Positions 1 to 10,921 of a stretch of DNA of 64,000 bases are shown here, piece by piece (position 1 is the first letter of the stretch; each line of letters opens with the position of its first letter). Below the pieces are notes generated by a model, which saw only the letters and a program-made list of their open reading frames with translations, searched no databases and was not told the origin of the DNA. The stretch comes from Armatimonadota bacterium (GTDB lineage: Bacteria > Armatimonadota > UBA5829 > DTLH01). The position numbers and the translations under genes were made by a program. The stretch is taken from contig JBDKUN010000009.1 in NCBI GenBank assembly GCA_039679675.1, positions 1 through 64,000 on the forward strand, read 5' to 3'.

Positions 1-126
1 TCGGGTAGTGGATTTATGACACTTGGCGCCTTGCCGGTTAGGGCAGAAATTGTCCACCGAAAGGGCTGCAATTACACTCACTTGATGAGTCACCAAGTTA
101 TACAAGCCCACTACCTGCTTTCGTGA

Positions 127-1263
127 TTATAGATCCACCGCTTTTACTACCTCGAAGAATCGTCGGAAGTTATACGCACTGTCCCTGGGGCCGGGTGAGG
201 CCTCGGGGTGGTACTGCATCGAGAAGATCGGAAGCTCTTTGTGCGTAAGCCCCTCGACCGTCCCATCGTTCAAATTGATCATCGTCGCGTCTATGCCCTT
301 GCCCTTGAGGGAGTCGGCATCGACTGCATAACCGTGGTTCTGGCTCGTTATGTAGACCCGCCCGGTCATAAGGTCTTTTACCGGGTGGTTTCCTCCCCTG
401 TGGCCGAACTTCAGCTTGAATGTCCTGCCTCCAAACGCCCATGCAAGGAGCTGATGCCCCAGGCAAATGCCTAAAATCGGCTTCTTACCGACCAGCTTCT
501 TGACCTCATCGACCATATAGCTGAGCATCTCAGGGTCGCCAGGGCCGGGAGAAATGACCACACCGGCGGGGTCTATCGCAAGAATCTCTTCAGCTTTCGC
601 ATAGCAGGGGAACACGGTGATCCGGCAGCCAAGCGAAGCGAGGTTTCTCATAATATTCCGCTTCACGCCGCAGTCCACAAGCGCGATCCTCGGCCCGTCC
701 GGTCTCGGAATAGGGCTTCCGGGGAGAGCGTTCCCTCTGTTCGCCTCAACCTCGGCGTCTCCCATCCATTCGTAGACCTCGGGGGTCGTGACCCTGCGGA
801 CAAAGTCGATTTTGGAGTAGTTCGGCTGCTCTTTTATCTTATCAGTCAGCTCTTCAGAGGTGTACTCAGTCGAAATCGAGCCCATCATGACCCCGCTTAC
901 CCTCAGGTGTCTGGTCAGCGCACGGGTGTCTACCCCCTGGATTCCCACTACGTTGTTTTTCGCGAGGAAGTCCTGAAGACTCCCCGAACTTCGCCAGTTG
1001 GAGGGCTCGCTGCACATCTGCTTTACAATGAACCCGGCAACCTGGACTTTCCCGGACTCGAAGTCCGCGTCGGTCACTCCGTAGTTGCCGATAAGTGGAT
1101 ATGTGAGAGTCAAAAGCTGGCCGCCGTAGCTTGGGTCGGTCAGCATCTCCTGATAACCGGTCATAGATGTGGAAAAGACGGCCTCACCAAACGTAGTTCC
1201 GGGAACACCGATGGATATCCCCTCGTACGTCGTGCCGTCTTCGAGTGTAAGTATTGCTTTCAA
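127..1263 (-). CDS. carA: Carbamoyl-phosphate synthase small subunit
   Basis: GEAVFSTSMTGYQE, GICLGHQ nucleophile and QYHPE motifs; in pyr operon. Confidence 0.97.
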   Translation of the reverse strand: MKAILTLEDGTTYEGISIGVPGTTFGEAVFSTSMTGYQEMLTDPSYGGQLLTLTYPLIGNYGVTDADFESGKVQVAGFIVKQMCSEPSNWRSSGSLQDFLAKNNVVGIQGVDTRALTRHLRVSGVMMGSISTEYTSEELTDKIKEQPNYSKIDFVRRVTTPEVYEWMGDAEVEANRGNALPGSPIPRPDGPRIALVDCGVKRNIMRNLASLGCRITVFPCYAKAEEILAIDPAGVVISPGPGDPEMLSYMVDEVKKLVGKKPILGICLGHQLLAWAFGGRTFKLKFGHRGGNHPVKDLMTGRVYITSQNHGYAVDADSLKGKGIDATMINLNDGTVEGLTHKELPIFSMQYHPEASPGPRDSAYNFRRFFEVVKAVDL

Positions 1264-1287
1264 CGATCCCCTCCGGGAATTTCTTTT

Positions 1288-1519
1288 ATCACGAAAGCAC
1301 GAAAAGGAGAAAGGAAGAAAAAGAGCTTAGAAATAGATAGTGAATGCCGTGCTTCGGGACGAACTGCGGTCCCGAAGCATAGGGTATAGTTGCTTCGGAC
1401 TGCTTGCTGCCGAAGCATCCGCCGTAGGCGGACATATCTCTTATGCTTCGGAATTCTTTTCGTCCCGAAGCACACTTTCCACCTAATTCCTTCTGTTTCT
1501 TATTTCGTGCTTTCGTGAT
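1288..1519. repeat. Composite palindromic element (REP cluster / MITE-like) with 17-bp terminal inverted repeat
   Basis: ATCACGAAAGCACGAAA (1288-1304) and its exact reverse complement (1503-1519) enclose three GCTTCGG...CCGAAGC hairpins (1349-1380, 1391-1417, 1443-1472). Confidence 0.7.
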
Positions 1520-1530
1520 TAACAACGTGA

Positions 1531-2136
1531 TCAAACAAACTGATTAGCTTTTATGAATGCCAGTGTGTTCTGGCGGACTTCTTCTGTTACTTTTCCGAGT
1601 CTGGTGAGCGCTTCGAGCGCTTCGGTGAGCGTCATGACCGAGTGAAGAGCATAACCGGCATCGGCCAGTATCTTCTTTCCTCCCTGCTCACGGTCCAGGA
1701 TGATGACAACATCCTTTACGACCAGCCCGGCTTCTTCCATCGGCTTGATGGCTTCCAGCTTCGCGCCGCCGTCAGTTATGACGTCGTCTATAACTACTAC
1801 TTTTTCGCCCTTCTCGAATTTGCCCTCGATCAACTTCGCCGTGCCGTAGTTTTTGGCTTCTTTCCTGGGGTAGATCATCGGGACATTTGCCGCAAGCGAT
1901 GCCGCGACACCTATCGGCATACCGGCGTAGGGCAGGGCAGCGATTCTGTCGAACTTGAGACCGTCCAGTTTGGCCGCGAGCTTCTCCCCGACCAGTTTGA
2001 GAAGAGATGGGTTGCTCACCAGCACGCGAAAATCCACGTAGACCGGGGACATAATCCCGCTCTTCAGCTTGAATTCGCCGAATTTGATGCATCCGGCTTC
2101 AAAAAGCCGTGTGTAAAGCTCGTCCACGTTATCCAA
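1531..2136 (-). CDS. pyrE: Orotate phosphoribosyltransferase
   Basis: FKLKSGIMSPVYVD, RKEAKNYG and VVIDDVITDG PRPP-binding motif. Confidence 0.96.
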   Translation of the reverse strand: MDNVDELYTRLFEAGCIKFGEFKLKSGIMSPVYVDFRVLVSNPSLLKLVGEKLAAKLDGLKFDRIAALPYAGMPIGVAASLAANVPMIYPRKEAKNYGTAKLIEGKFEKGEKVVVIDDVITDGGAKLEAIKPMEEAGLVVKDVVIILDREQGGKKILADAGYALHSVMTLTEALEALTRLGKVTEEVRQNTLAFIKANQFV

Positions 2137-2350
2137 CCCTCCTGTTTCGGTCCTTTTTCAGCTCATTTACTGCTCTGCCAAGATCGCGTATCTGGCTGCC
2201 GAGGTCGGCCAGCCCCCGGTATGCGTCCAGCAGACCTCTCACGGTCGCCTTGATCCTCCGCACCATAAGCCATGCAGTAACGAGGATCGCAAGCCACGTA
2301 AGGAGGATCATGCCCAGCACAACGATCAGCAGTATTTCAAGCGTGCTCAA
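2129..2350 (-). CDS. Small membrane protein (N-terminal TM helix plus coiled coil)
   Basis: Overlaps pyrC stop and pyrE start; hydrophobic N-terminus. Confidence 0.65.
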   Translation of the reverse strand: MSTLEILLIVVLGMILLTWLAILVTAWLMVRRIKATVRGLLDAYRGLADLGSQIRDLGRAVNELKKDRNRRVG

Positions 2351-3645
2351 GTGTTACCTGCTCTCTGTTCTCTGCCCCAAGCTCTCCGTGCGCGACTTTT
2401 CCGCCTGTGATTGTTGCGATTACAGCGCCCTTCAGCTTCCAGCCGTCGAACGGAGTGTTTCGGCCCATAGACTTGAACCTAGAAGCCTGGACCGTAATCT
2501 CTTCTTCGGGGTCAAAAATAACAATGTCGGCAGGCGCGCCTTCCTTAAGTGTGCCTCGGTTGATCCCAAGCACTTCAGCAGGTTTTACCGTCAATTTTTC
2601 TATAGCGTCCGAGAGGCTCATAACGCCGTCATCCACCAGCTTCGTTATGACAAGCGGCAGCGCAGTCTCCAGCCCGACTATTCCGAACGCGGCTACGGTC
2701 ATCTCGACCTCTTTGTCCTCAAGCGAATGAGGAGCATGGTCGGTCGCGATCACGTCGATTGTCCCGTCAGCAAGCCCTGCCTTGATCGCCTCGACGTCGG
2801 CGGCTGTTCTAAGCGGCGGGTTCATCTTGGTGTTGGTATCGTAATCAGCCAGCACTTCATCTGTCAGCGTGAAATACTGCGGACAGGTCTCACAGGTCAC
2901 TTTTACCCCGCGGGCCTTCGCAAGACGGATAACATCGACCGAAGCGGCGCAGGACACATGCTGAATGTGCAATCTGCAGCCGGCAAGCTCGGCAAGGAGG
3001 ATGTTCCGCTCGATCATACTGACTTCGGCGGCAGCGGGCATACCTCTAAGCCCGACGACTGTGGAGACTATCCCTTCGTTCATGACCGCGCCTGCCGTAA
3101 GGGCCTTGTCCTCGCAGTGGGTGAGCACGGGAATGTCGAGCATCCCTGCATACTCCATTACCCGGCGCATAACGAGCGAGTTCTGGATCGGCAGTCCGTC
3201 GTCCGACGCGGCAACTGCACCGGCTTCTGCAAGCTCTCCAAGCTCGGCCATCTCTTCACCGGCCATGTTCTTCGTGAGAGCCCCGCAGGTAAGCACGTTG
3301 ACCGGAGTCTGCCTGCCAAGTGAGGTGATCAGATCAACCACTGCACGGCTGTCGGGGGCCGGATGGGTATTCGGCATAGCGACAATCGTCGTGAAACCTC
3401 CGGCAGCGGCAGCGGCAGCACCTGTAGCAATGGTCTCTTTGTGCTCGTCACCCGGTTCTCTCAGGTGAACGTGCATGTCGATAAGCCCAGGGGCGACAAC
3501 TTTGCCGGTTATGTCGTACACTTCTCCGGGAGCGCCGTCCATCGATTCAAGACAGATCTTACCTATCTCTGATATAACACCGTCACGGACCAGCACATCG
3601 GCTGTCTCATCGATTCCTCTTGACGGGTCTATTACCCTTCCGCCT

Positions 3646-3662
<17 letters not shown>
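2337..3662 (-). CDS. pyrC: Dihydroorotase
   Basis: [25 protein letters not shown]; start placed at ATG 3662 after GGAGG. Confidence 0.96.
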
Positions 3663-5287
<1,625 letters not shown>

Positions 5288-5432
5288 TATCTTAATTTCA
5301 GACATTATACCATCCCGGCTGAGCCATGTCAAGAAAATTTGAGGTTCACAAGTCAAAAAAACAGGAATATCTTGACTGATCAAGCCTGCAGGCATATACT
5401 CAGAGCAATCTGATTCTGCCGGAGACCAAGCT

Positions 5433-6275
5433 GTGAAAAAAGCAAAGGTGTTTCTCATCCCGCTGATCATCATATTGATACTTGGCGGACTACTCGTGTG
5501 GGACAACATGCATAAGGTCACACATGGAATACCCCTGGATGTTCTTAAGATGCAAGACGAATATGTCAAAGGCCCTGCGCTGATAGTTCGGACTGAAATA
5601 AACTATGCATTGATCTCAGGACTGATGACACCACCTTATATATTTATAACAACATACGATGGGTGCGGCAGGAAGCTTAAAGAGGACCGCAACCTGAAGG
5701 ATTATCAAGATAAATATTATTATAAATACAATCGTAAAGGCGAGCTAATTGAAGAAACTAGCTACTCACCCATAGATAGGGATACTATACGTACTATGAT
5801 TGTATACGATCCAGCAAAACGCCGGATTAGTTCAATAACGCGCCCGGACTCATACCGCAACTGGCTAAAGCGCATAAACCGGATTTTCCACCATGAGCAT
5901 GATCTATCATCTAAGTCGTTGACCTATTTGGACAGTCATAATAGGCCAAAGATAATCTCCGGATCCGTGACAGGTGAAAACACCTGTATAAGATACAAAT
6001 ATGACTCTAAAGGTAATATGGTTTGCAGCACGCGCGCAATAAAGAGAGGAAGCAGAACATATTATATCTATAAGGTATACGACAACTATGGTAATCCAGT
6101 AAAGGCAAAACGCTATGATGGCGGTAGATTGGTTTACACTGAAGTATATACATACAAGTATGATAAGTGCGACAACTGGATAGAAAAGAGAGTATTCGAA
6201 GTCAGTGATACCAATGGCAAGCAGAAAAAGGAAGAAGTTCAGATTACCCGGCGGACAATCACTTATAAAAACTGA
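5433..6275 (+). CDS. Membrane-anchored YD/RHS-repeat-like protein, paralog 1
   Basis: N-terminal TM helix; repeated YD/YN-xxG motifs; C-terminal YKYDKCDNWIEK...ITRRTITY. Confidence 0.8.
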   Translation: MKKAKVFLIPLIIILILGGLLVWDNMHKVTHGIPLDVLKMQDEYVKGPALIVRTEINYALISGLMTPPYIFITTYDGCGRKLKEDRNLKDYQDKYYYKYNRKGELIEETSYSPIDRDTIRTMIVYDPAKRRISSITRPDSYRNWLKRINRIFHHEHDLSSKSLTYLDSHNRPKIISGSVTGENTCIRYKYDSKGNMVCSTRAIKRGSRTYYIYKVYDNYGNPVKAKRYDGGRLVYTEVYTYKYDKCDNWIEKRVFEVSDTNGKQKKEEVQITRRTITYKN

Positions 6276-6434
6276 GCTTTAGCTGTCAGCGATCTGAATC
6301 GCGAAGTGCGCGAAGAAGCACAAAAGACGCGAAATGGGCTCGACACCTACGGTGTCGGCTTCGGCAAGCAGGCTGAAGCAAATTAACTTGCAGGCATATA
6401 CTCAGAGCAATCTGATTCTGCTGGAGGCCAAACT

Positions 6435-7322
6435 GTGAAAAAAGCAAAGAAGTTTCTCATTCCGCTGATCATCATATTGATACTTGGCGGACTACTCGTG
6501 TATTTTAGCAAGCTGAATACCGTCCATGGAATACCGCTGGCTATTCAGGCGATGACTCAAGGATCGAATGTCCGTGGACATGTTACACAAATTCGGCTGG
6601 ATGTTAGTGCAAAGAGAGATTTTGGGTGGATGGTCCAAAGTTTTATCGAAACGTACGATGGAAACGGCAGAATATTGAAGATGGTAAAACCAGCCGGCAA
6701 ATACCAGAGTAAATCAACTGCCGTCTACAACTATAACAGCAGGGGAGAACTCACCGAAGAGATATCTTACATGTCCTGGCAGAATATGCCGGTACGCACA
6801 GAGATGACATACGACTCGGTAAAACGCCTGACCACCGAAAGAACCTCTATTAGTTCCGACGGCAAAGGTAAACTCGTATCGCAAAATTGGCTTGATAGGA
6901 TAGAACAATCACTCCACCGCAAGCCTAAGCCAAAGACATACTTCACGGAGTTCCTTACCTATGTGAATGACCGCAATCTACCAATAGAGAATATCAGCCG
7001 CTTTAACGGCAAAACAATTTCCAGAATAAGTCTTACCTATAAGTATGGTTCAAAAGGCAAAATTGCCAGCTGCACAACAATCGGGAGAGCTAATACCGGC
7101 AAAGTTATGACAGCAGTAATGACGTACGATGATAGCACCAATCCCGTGGAATCGAAGGTCTATTCCGGCAGTAAACTCATCGGCCACATAGTCATATCCT
7201 ACAAGTATGATAAACATGGCAACTGGATAGAAAAGAGAGTATTTCTCATCAGTGATGCCAATGGCAAGCAGAAAAAGGAAGAGTCCCAGATCACACGGCG
7301 GACAATCACTTATAGAAATTGA
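6435..7322 (+). CDS. Membrane-anchored YD/RHS-repeat-like protein, paralog 2
   Basis: Same N- and C-terminal sequence as 5433-6275; YKYDKHGNWIEK...ITRRTITY. Confidence 0.8.
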   Translation: MKKAKKFLIPLIIILILGGLLVYFSKLNTVHGIPLAIQAMTQGSNVRGHVTQIRLDVSAKRDFGWMVQSFIETYDGNGRILKMVKPAGKYQSKSTAVYNYNSRGELTEEISYMSWQNMPVRTEMTYDSVKRLTTERTSISSDGKGKLVSQNWLDRIEQSLHRKPKPKTYFTEFLTYVNDRNLPIENISRFNGKTISRISLTYKYGSKGKIASCTTIGRANTGKVMTAVMTYDDSTNPVESKVYSGSKLIGHIVISYKYDKHGNWIEKRVFLISDANGKQKKEESQITRRTITYRN

Positions 7323-7400
7323 GTTTTTAGCTATCAGCGATCTGAATCGCGAAGTGCGCGAAGAAGCATGAAAGACGCGAAAGAAAATTAGTGGAAATTC

Positions 7401-7431
7401 GTGCTTCGGGACGAACTGCAGTCCGAAGCAT
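7401..7431. repeat. REP-like palindrome, copy of 1349-1380
   Basis: GTGCTTCGGGACGAACTGCAGTCCGAAGCAT, near-identical to the hairpin at 1349. Confidence 0.75.
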
Positions 7432-7491
7432 AAGCATAAATGCTGTAAATCTCTACCTTCCGCGTTTCCCATTATTCCGCGTCTCCGCGGT

Positions 7492-9606
7492 TCAAAAAGA
7501 AACCTTTACCCTGCGTCCCTTTGGCGAGTTATCGTAGGTAAGGAGGAGCGTTTTCGAGCCTTCATCCCACTTCATACTCACATTACCGGCCTCACCATCA
7601 ACTAATGCCTCTTTCGGCGGCCTCGGCAGGGCTATTCTGGCCGCGCAGACTACTCCGGCAGGCCCCTCTGAATGGAAATCGATGCTCTCTTGCTCGATAT
7701 TCACATCGAGCACCTTCGATGCAGAGGCAAGCACCTTGGGCTTTGTCCGGTCCACTTTGTCCATGTCCAGAAGGAACCATCTCGAACCAGGCGTCATCGA
7801 AACTGAGTCGAGAATCTCAAGGCACGGGCTGAACAGGTTCATAAATGACCCGTCGAGCTTGCGCTGAGGCAGTCCATCGGTCTCATCCAACCCGGCTCCG
7901 ATGATATAAGGCCCCCGCCGAAGCAGCATGTATGCCCTTTCGCGCCATTCAAGACCGGAGAGGCTGCATGCACTTTTTGCAAGTTCCAGAGTCTTCTCCC
8001 TGCCCTCTTTGCATCGGGAAAGGAAATCCGGGCTGACTGCGGCGTATATGACATAGCCATTGCCGACTTGATGCGTCCCCTCTTCAGACACACCCAGCTT
8101 CTCGAACAGGTGCTGCCTTGGAGCCGCGTATTTGAATGGAGGAGTATTCCACCATTCCTTTACGCCGTTATACGGGTCTTTATCCTCATCTGCGAAAATC
8201 AGCACACCGCCCGACTTGACCCAACCGGCAAGCGCGTCGTGCAACTCAGAACTTGGCGGCTTCATCCCTTCGTAGGTAAGGAAGAGCACCTTATACGGCT
8301 TCAGGTAGTCCGAAATGACCACGTTTTCAAGCTGTACCGGCTCGACCGGCGCGCCGCGCTTGATAAGTGGCATCGCGAGCCCGAAAAACGATCCAAGGCA
8401 CCCGTCTCCAAAGCGTGGCTCTCCCCGCTGGAACATCATCGTGTCGGAGACCAGTACACCTAATCCTCTGGTCCCGCAGTCCCAGGCGATTTCCTTCTGG
8501 CCCATATAACTCAGCTCGTTTGCTACGTTTATGACCTCGGTCGCATATCCGGCTGGGATAAACTCGCGTTCGACTTCCTCTCCGGGCTTGCGTTCATTTT
8601 CTTCTATAACAGGATACGGCTGGGTGAACACGCGCGCAGGCCATGGCATGACCTCGAACCGCCAGACATCCGGCCAGAGGAGGGACGCTACGAGGGTAGA
8701 CTCCCAGTTTCGCTTGTAATCCGCCCAGCAGCGGTTGGGATCGTCCTCTATCGGGTCGTTCAGATACCACATTTTCTTCCCCGTAGACCGGACTAGGTTG
8801 TGAAGAACGCCGTACTCGAAGAACGACACCTCGAAGGTGCGTTCCTTCTCTACCCCGGCGTATCTGTTTTTCGTCCGTGATGTTCCGGTCCACACCTGGC
8901 CGATGTAGCCGTCGCATCCGGGAATTTGGACGAGGCTTGCTTCGGGACTGACTATCCTCCACTGAGCGTAGTTGATTATCGAGTGGGTCGGAACATAGCA
9001 TTTGACGTCCCGCCCTGTTTCCTTGCTGTAGCTGCGGATGAACTCGAAAACGTCCGAAAGAGCGCGCCGGTAGAGGTAATATTTCAGTTTCGACGCTCGG
9101 TACTGCGCATCCGGCGAAGTGTGGGGTGCGATCCATTCGTCGCCGTAATATGCCTTCCACTCGCGCTTGAATGCCTCGGAATAGCCTCCCCTCACCCAGA
9201 ACTCCGGCTCTTCCATATGGATAGCTTCGGCTCCGGCATCAACGGCCCGCTTCACTCCCACGCAGAGGTACTTGCCGTAGGTCTCCGTAGGACACATATA
9301 CGGTGCGCCGGGGTGGTGCATAATCTTATCGCCGTTTTTATCAGTCTGAGCGGCGTCCTCATGGTTTTGGCCGTCCCACTCACCCGATACAAAGTCGCCG
9401 TAATTGCCCCAGGCTGCCCCCGTCATGACATGGATTCGATAGCCCTGTTCCCGCCAGGTTTTGATACGCTCCGGCAGGCCGGGGTCTATGTCGTAGACCA
9501 TCACCACATCGGATTTGAGGTCGATTCTATCGTCATACGGCGAAGCTGTCTGAAAGATCGTCCGTTCCAGGGACTGCTTCGGATCGACAATTTGCGAGAT
9601 AGGCAT
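7492..9606 (-). CDS. Hypothetical protein, probable glycoside hydrolase (TIM barrel plus class-I-GATase-like domain)
   Basis: 704-aa ORF; aromatic-rich, HMEEPEFW segment, C-terminal WVKSGGVLIF GATase-like stretch; next to GH31 and SGNH genes. Confidence 0.6.
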   Translation of the reverse strand: MPISQIVDPKQSLERTIFQTASPYDDRIDLKSDVVMVYDIDPGLPERIKTWREQGYRIHVMTGAAWGNYGDFVSGEWDGQNHEDAAQTDKNGDKIMHHPGAPYMCPTETYGKYLCVGVKRAVDAGAEAIHMEEPEFWVRGGYSEAFKREWKAYYGDEWIAPHTSPDAQYRASKLKYYLYRRALSDVFEFIRSYSKETGRDVKCYVPTHSIINYAQWRIVSPEASLVQIPGCDGYIGQVWTGTSRTKNRYAGVEKERTFEVSFFEYGVLHNLVRSTGKKMWYLNDPIEDDPNRCWADYKRNWESTLVASLLWPDVWRFEVMPWPARVFTQPYPVIEENERKPGEEVEREFIPAGYATEVINVANELSYMGQKEIAWDCGTRGLGVLVSDTMMFQRGEPRFGDGCLGSFFGLAMPLIKRGAPVEPVQLENVVISDYLKPYKVLFLTYEGMKPPSSELHDALAGWVKSGGVLIFADEDKDPYNGVKEWWNTPPFKYAAPRQHLFEKLGVSEEGTHQVGNGYVIYAAVSPDFLSRCKEGREKTLELAKSACSLSGLEWRERAYMLLRRGPYIIGAGLDETDGLPQRKLDGSFMNLFSPCLEILDSVSMTPGSRWFLLDMDKVDRTKPKVLASASKVLDVNIEQESIDFHSEGPAGVVCAARIALPRPPKEALVDGEAGNVSMKWDEGSKTLLLTYDNSPKGRRVKVSF

Positions 9607-9667
9607 ATTTATCCTCGTTGCTTCGGATTACCCTTACCCCGAAACCTGCTTATGGACGTTAGGACCG

Positions 9668-10207
9668 CTACAAAGAGACTCTGGTCCCGATGTTCAGAGA
9701 TATGCCGCCCCAGTCTGCATCCTTCCATTTGGGGAGCATATCAACGCGGATTTCTGCAAAATACGTGTTGTTGAACTCCTGCCCATAGAGCGCATGGACA
9801 CTTGGTTTGAAGGTTTCATCGTCGTAGCTGTATGAACGCAGTTTGAGGCGGTGGAAACCTCCGCCGTAACCGATGTAGCGCGTTCTTGTTTCGGAGATCG
9901 GAGTGCGATTGATCTTAGTATAAGTGACAAACTCTTCGGATGCCTTTACGGACTTATCTCCGCTGTCGATAAATCCAAGCGATACGAGCCGGTCCGGTCT
10001 GCCCTCTTCATCGAAGCTCATGTGCCAGTCTATCACAGGGCCCAGCCACATAGATCTGAGGTCTTTTAGGTCGCTGTCCAGCGGCATGAAGTTGACGAGC
10101 CCGATGCCGATCTTGCTCGGTTTGTCATCTTCAAACTGTGCAATTGCTGCCGAAGCCAAGCCTAAGAGAAGCAAAACAGCTAAAAACAATCTGATATTTC
10201 TGATCAT
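9668..10207 (-). CDS. Exported protein, probable outer-membrane beta-barrel
   Basis: Signal peptide (AIA-Q), alternating beta-strand pattern, C-terminal GISLNIGTRVSL. Confidence 0.65.
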   Translation of the reverse strand: MIRNIRLFLAVLLLLGLASAAIAQFEDDKPSKIGIGLVNFMPLDSDLKDLRSMWLGPVIDWHMSFDEEGRPDRLVSLGFIDSGDKSVKASEEFVTYTKINRTPISETRTRYIGYGGGFHRLKLRSYSYDDETFKPSVHALYGQEFNNTYFAEIRVDMLPKWKDADWGGISLNIGTRVSL

Positions 10208-10297
10208 GATAATCTTCCTTTCGCAAAAAACCGGAGCCATAAAGCTCATCTAATTGGGATTATAAACGCCGGTCAGTAGAGTGTCAATCTGACGTGC

Positions 10298-10909
10298 TTA
10301 CGGCAATTCACCCATAATACTTTCGATGATGCCCGGAGTTGTAACCCTTGCTGACCCAAGTGCGTTTGGATGGATGCTGTCGGGCACGTAGAGTCTATAA
10401 TTATCCGGGTAATTGTCCAATATCTTCTTCCACATGACGAAGTGGTCTATCAACCGAAGCGACCTCGCTCTTGCAACCTCGCGGTAGACTTCGTAATATT
10501 CCTCGATCTGAGGCCGCTGCTTGGCATGCTCAAAGAGCGGGATATTCATCGTCATCAGTATGGCTTCGCACGCCGGGTGTTCTCTCGCCAGCGTGTCGAG
10601 CATCCATTCAAGGTTCTTTCGGCTCTTGTCGGCGCTTATTCTGTAAGGCACAAAGGCGTCGTTTATAGAAAATTCGATGAATACCGCATCTGGATCGTGT
10701 GCGAGCACCCTGTTCCGAAAGTTATCTACTCCCCAGTCCGAGTGCATGGCCCCCATACCGGAGTTGATAACGTGTACAGCACACGGATTTATGGGCTCCA
10801 GAGCATCCGTGAGCTGCTGGACCCACGCGCCGCACGTAAGGCTTGTGCCGTAAGCGACTAGCGTCTGCTTCTGGCCCTGCTGCAGTTTTTCAATAAACGA
10901 TGTTTTCAT
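10298..10909 (-). CDS. SGNH/GDSL-family hydrolase
   Basis: GTSLT block I, EFSIND block III, DSIHP block V. Confidence 0.9.
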   Translation of the reverse strand: MKTSFIEKLQQGQKQTLVAYGTSLTCGAWVQQLTDALEPINPCAVHVINSGMGAMHSDWGVDNFRNRVLAHDPDAVFIEFSINDAFVPYRISADKSRKNLEWMLDTLAREHPACEAILMTMNIPLFEHAKQRPQIEEYYEVYREVARARSLRLIDHFVMWKKILDNYPDNYRLYVPDSIHPNALGSARVTTPGIIESIMGELP

Positions 10910-10921
10910 ACTTACTTCCTA

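Noticed and set aside
1349..1472. CRISPR array
   Set aside because: Palindromes are non-identical and irregularly spaced, with no unique spacers of constant length and no cas genes.
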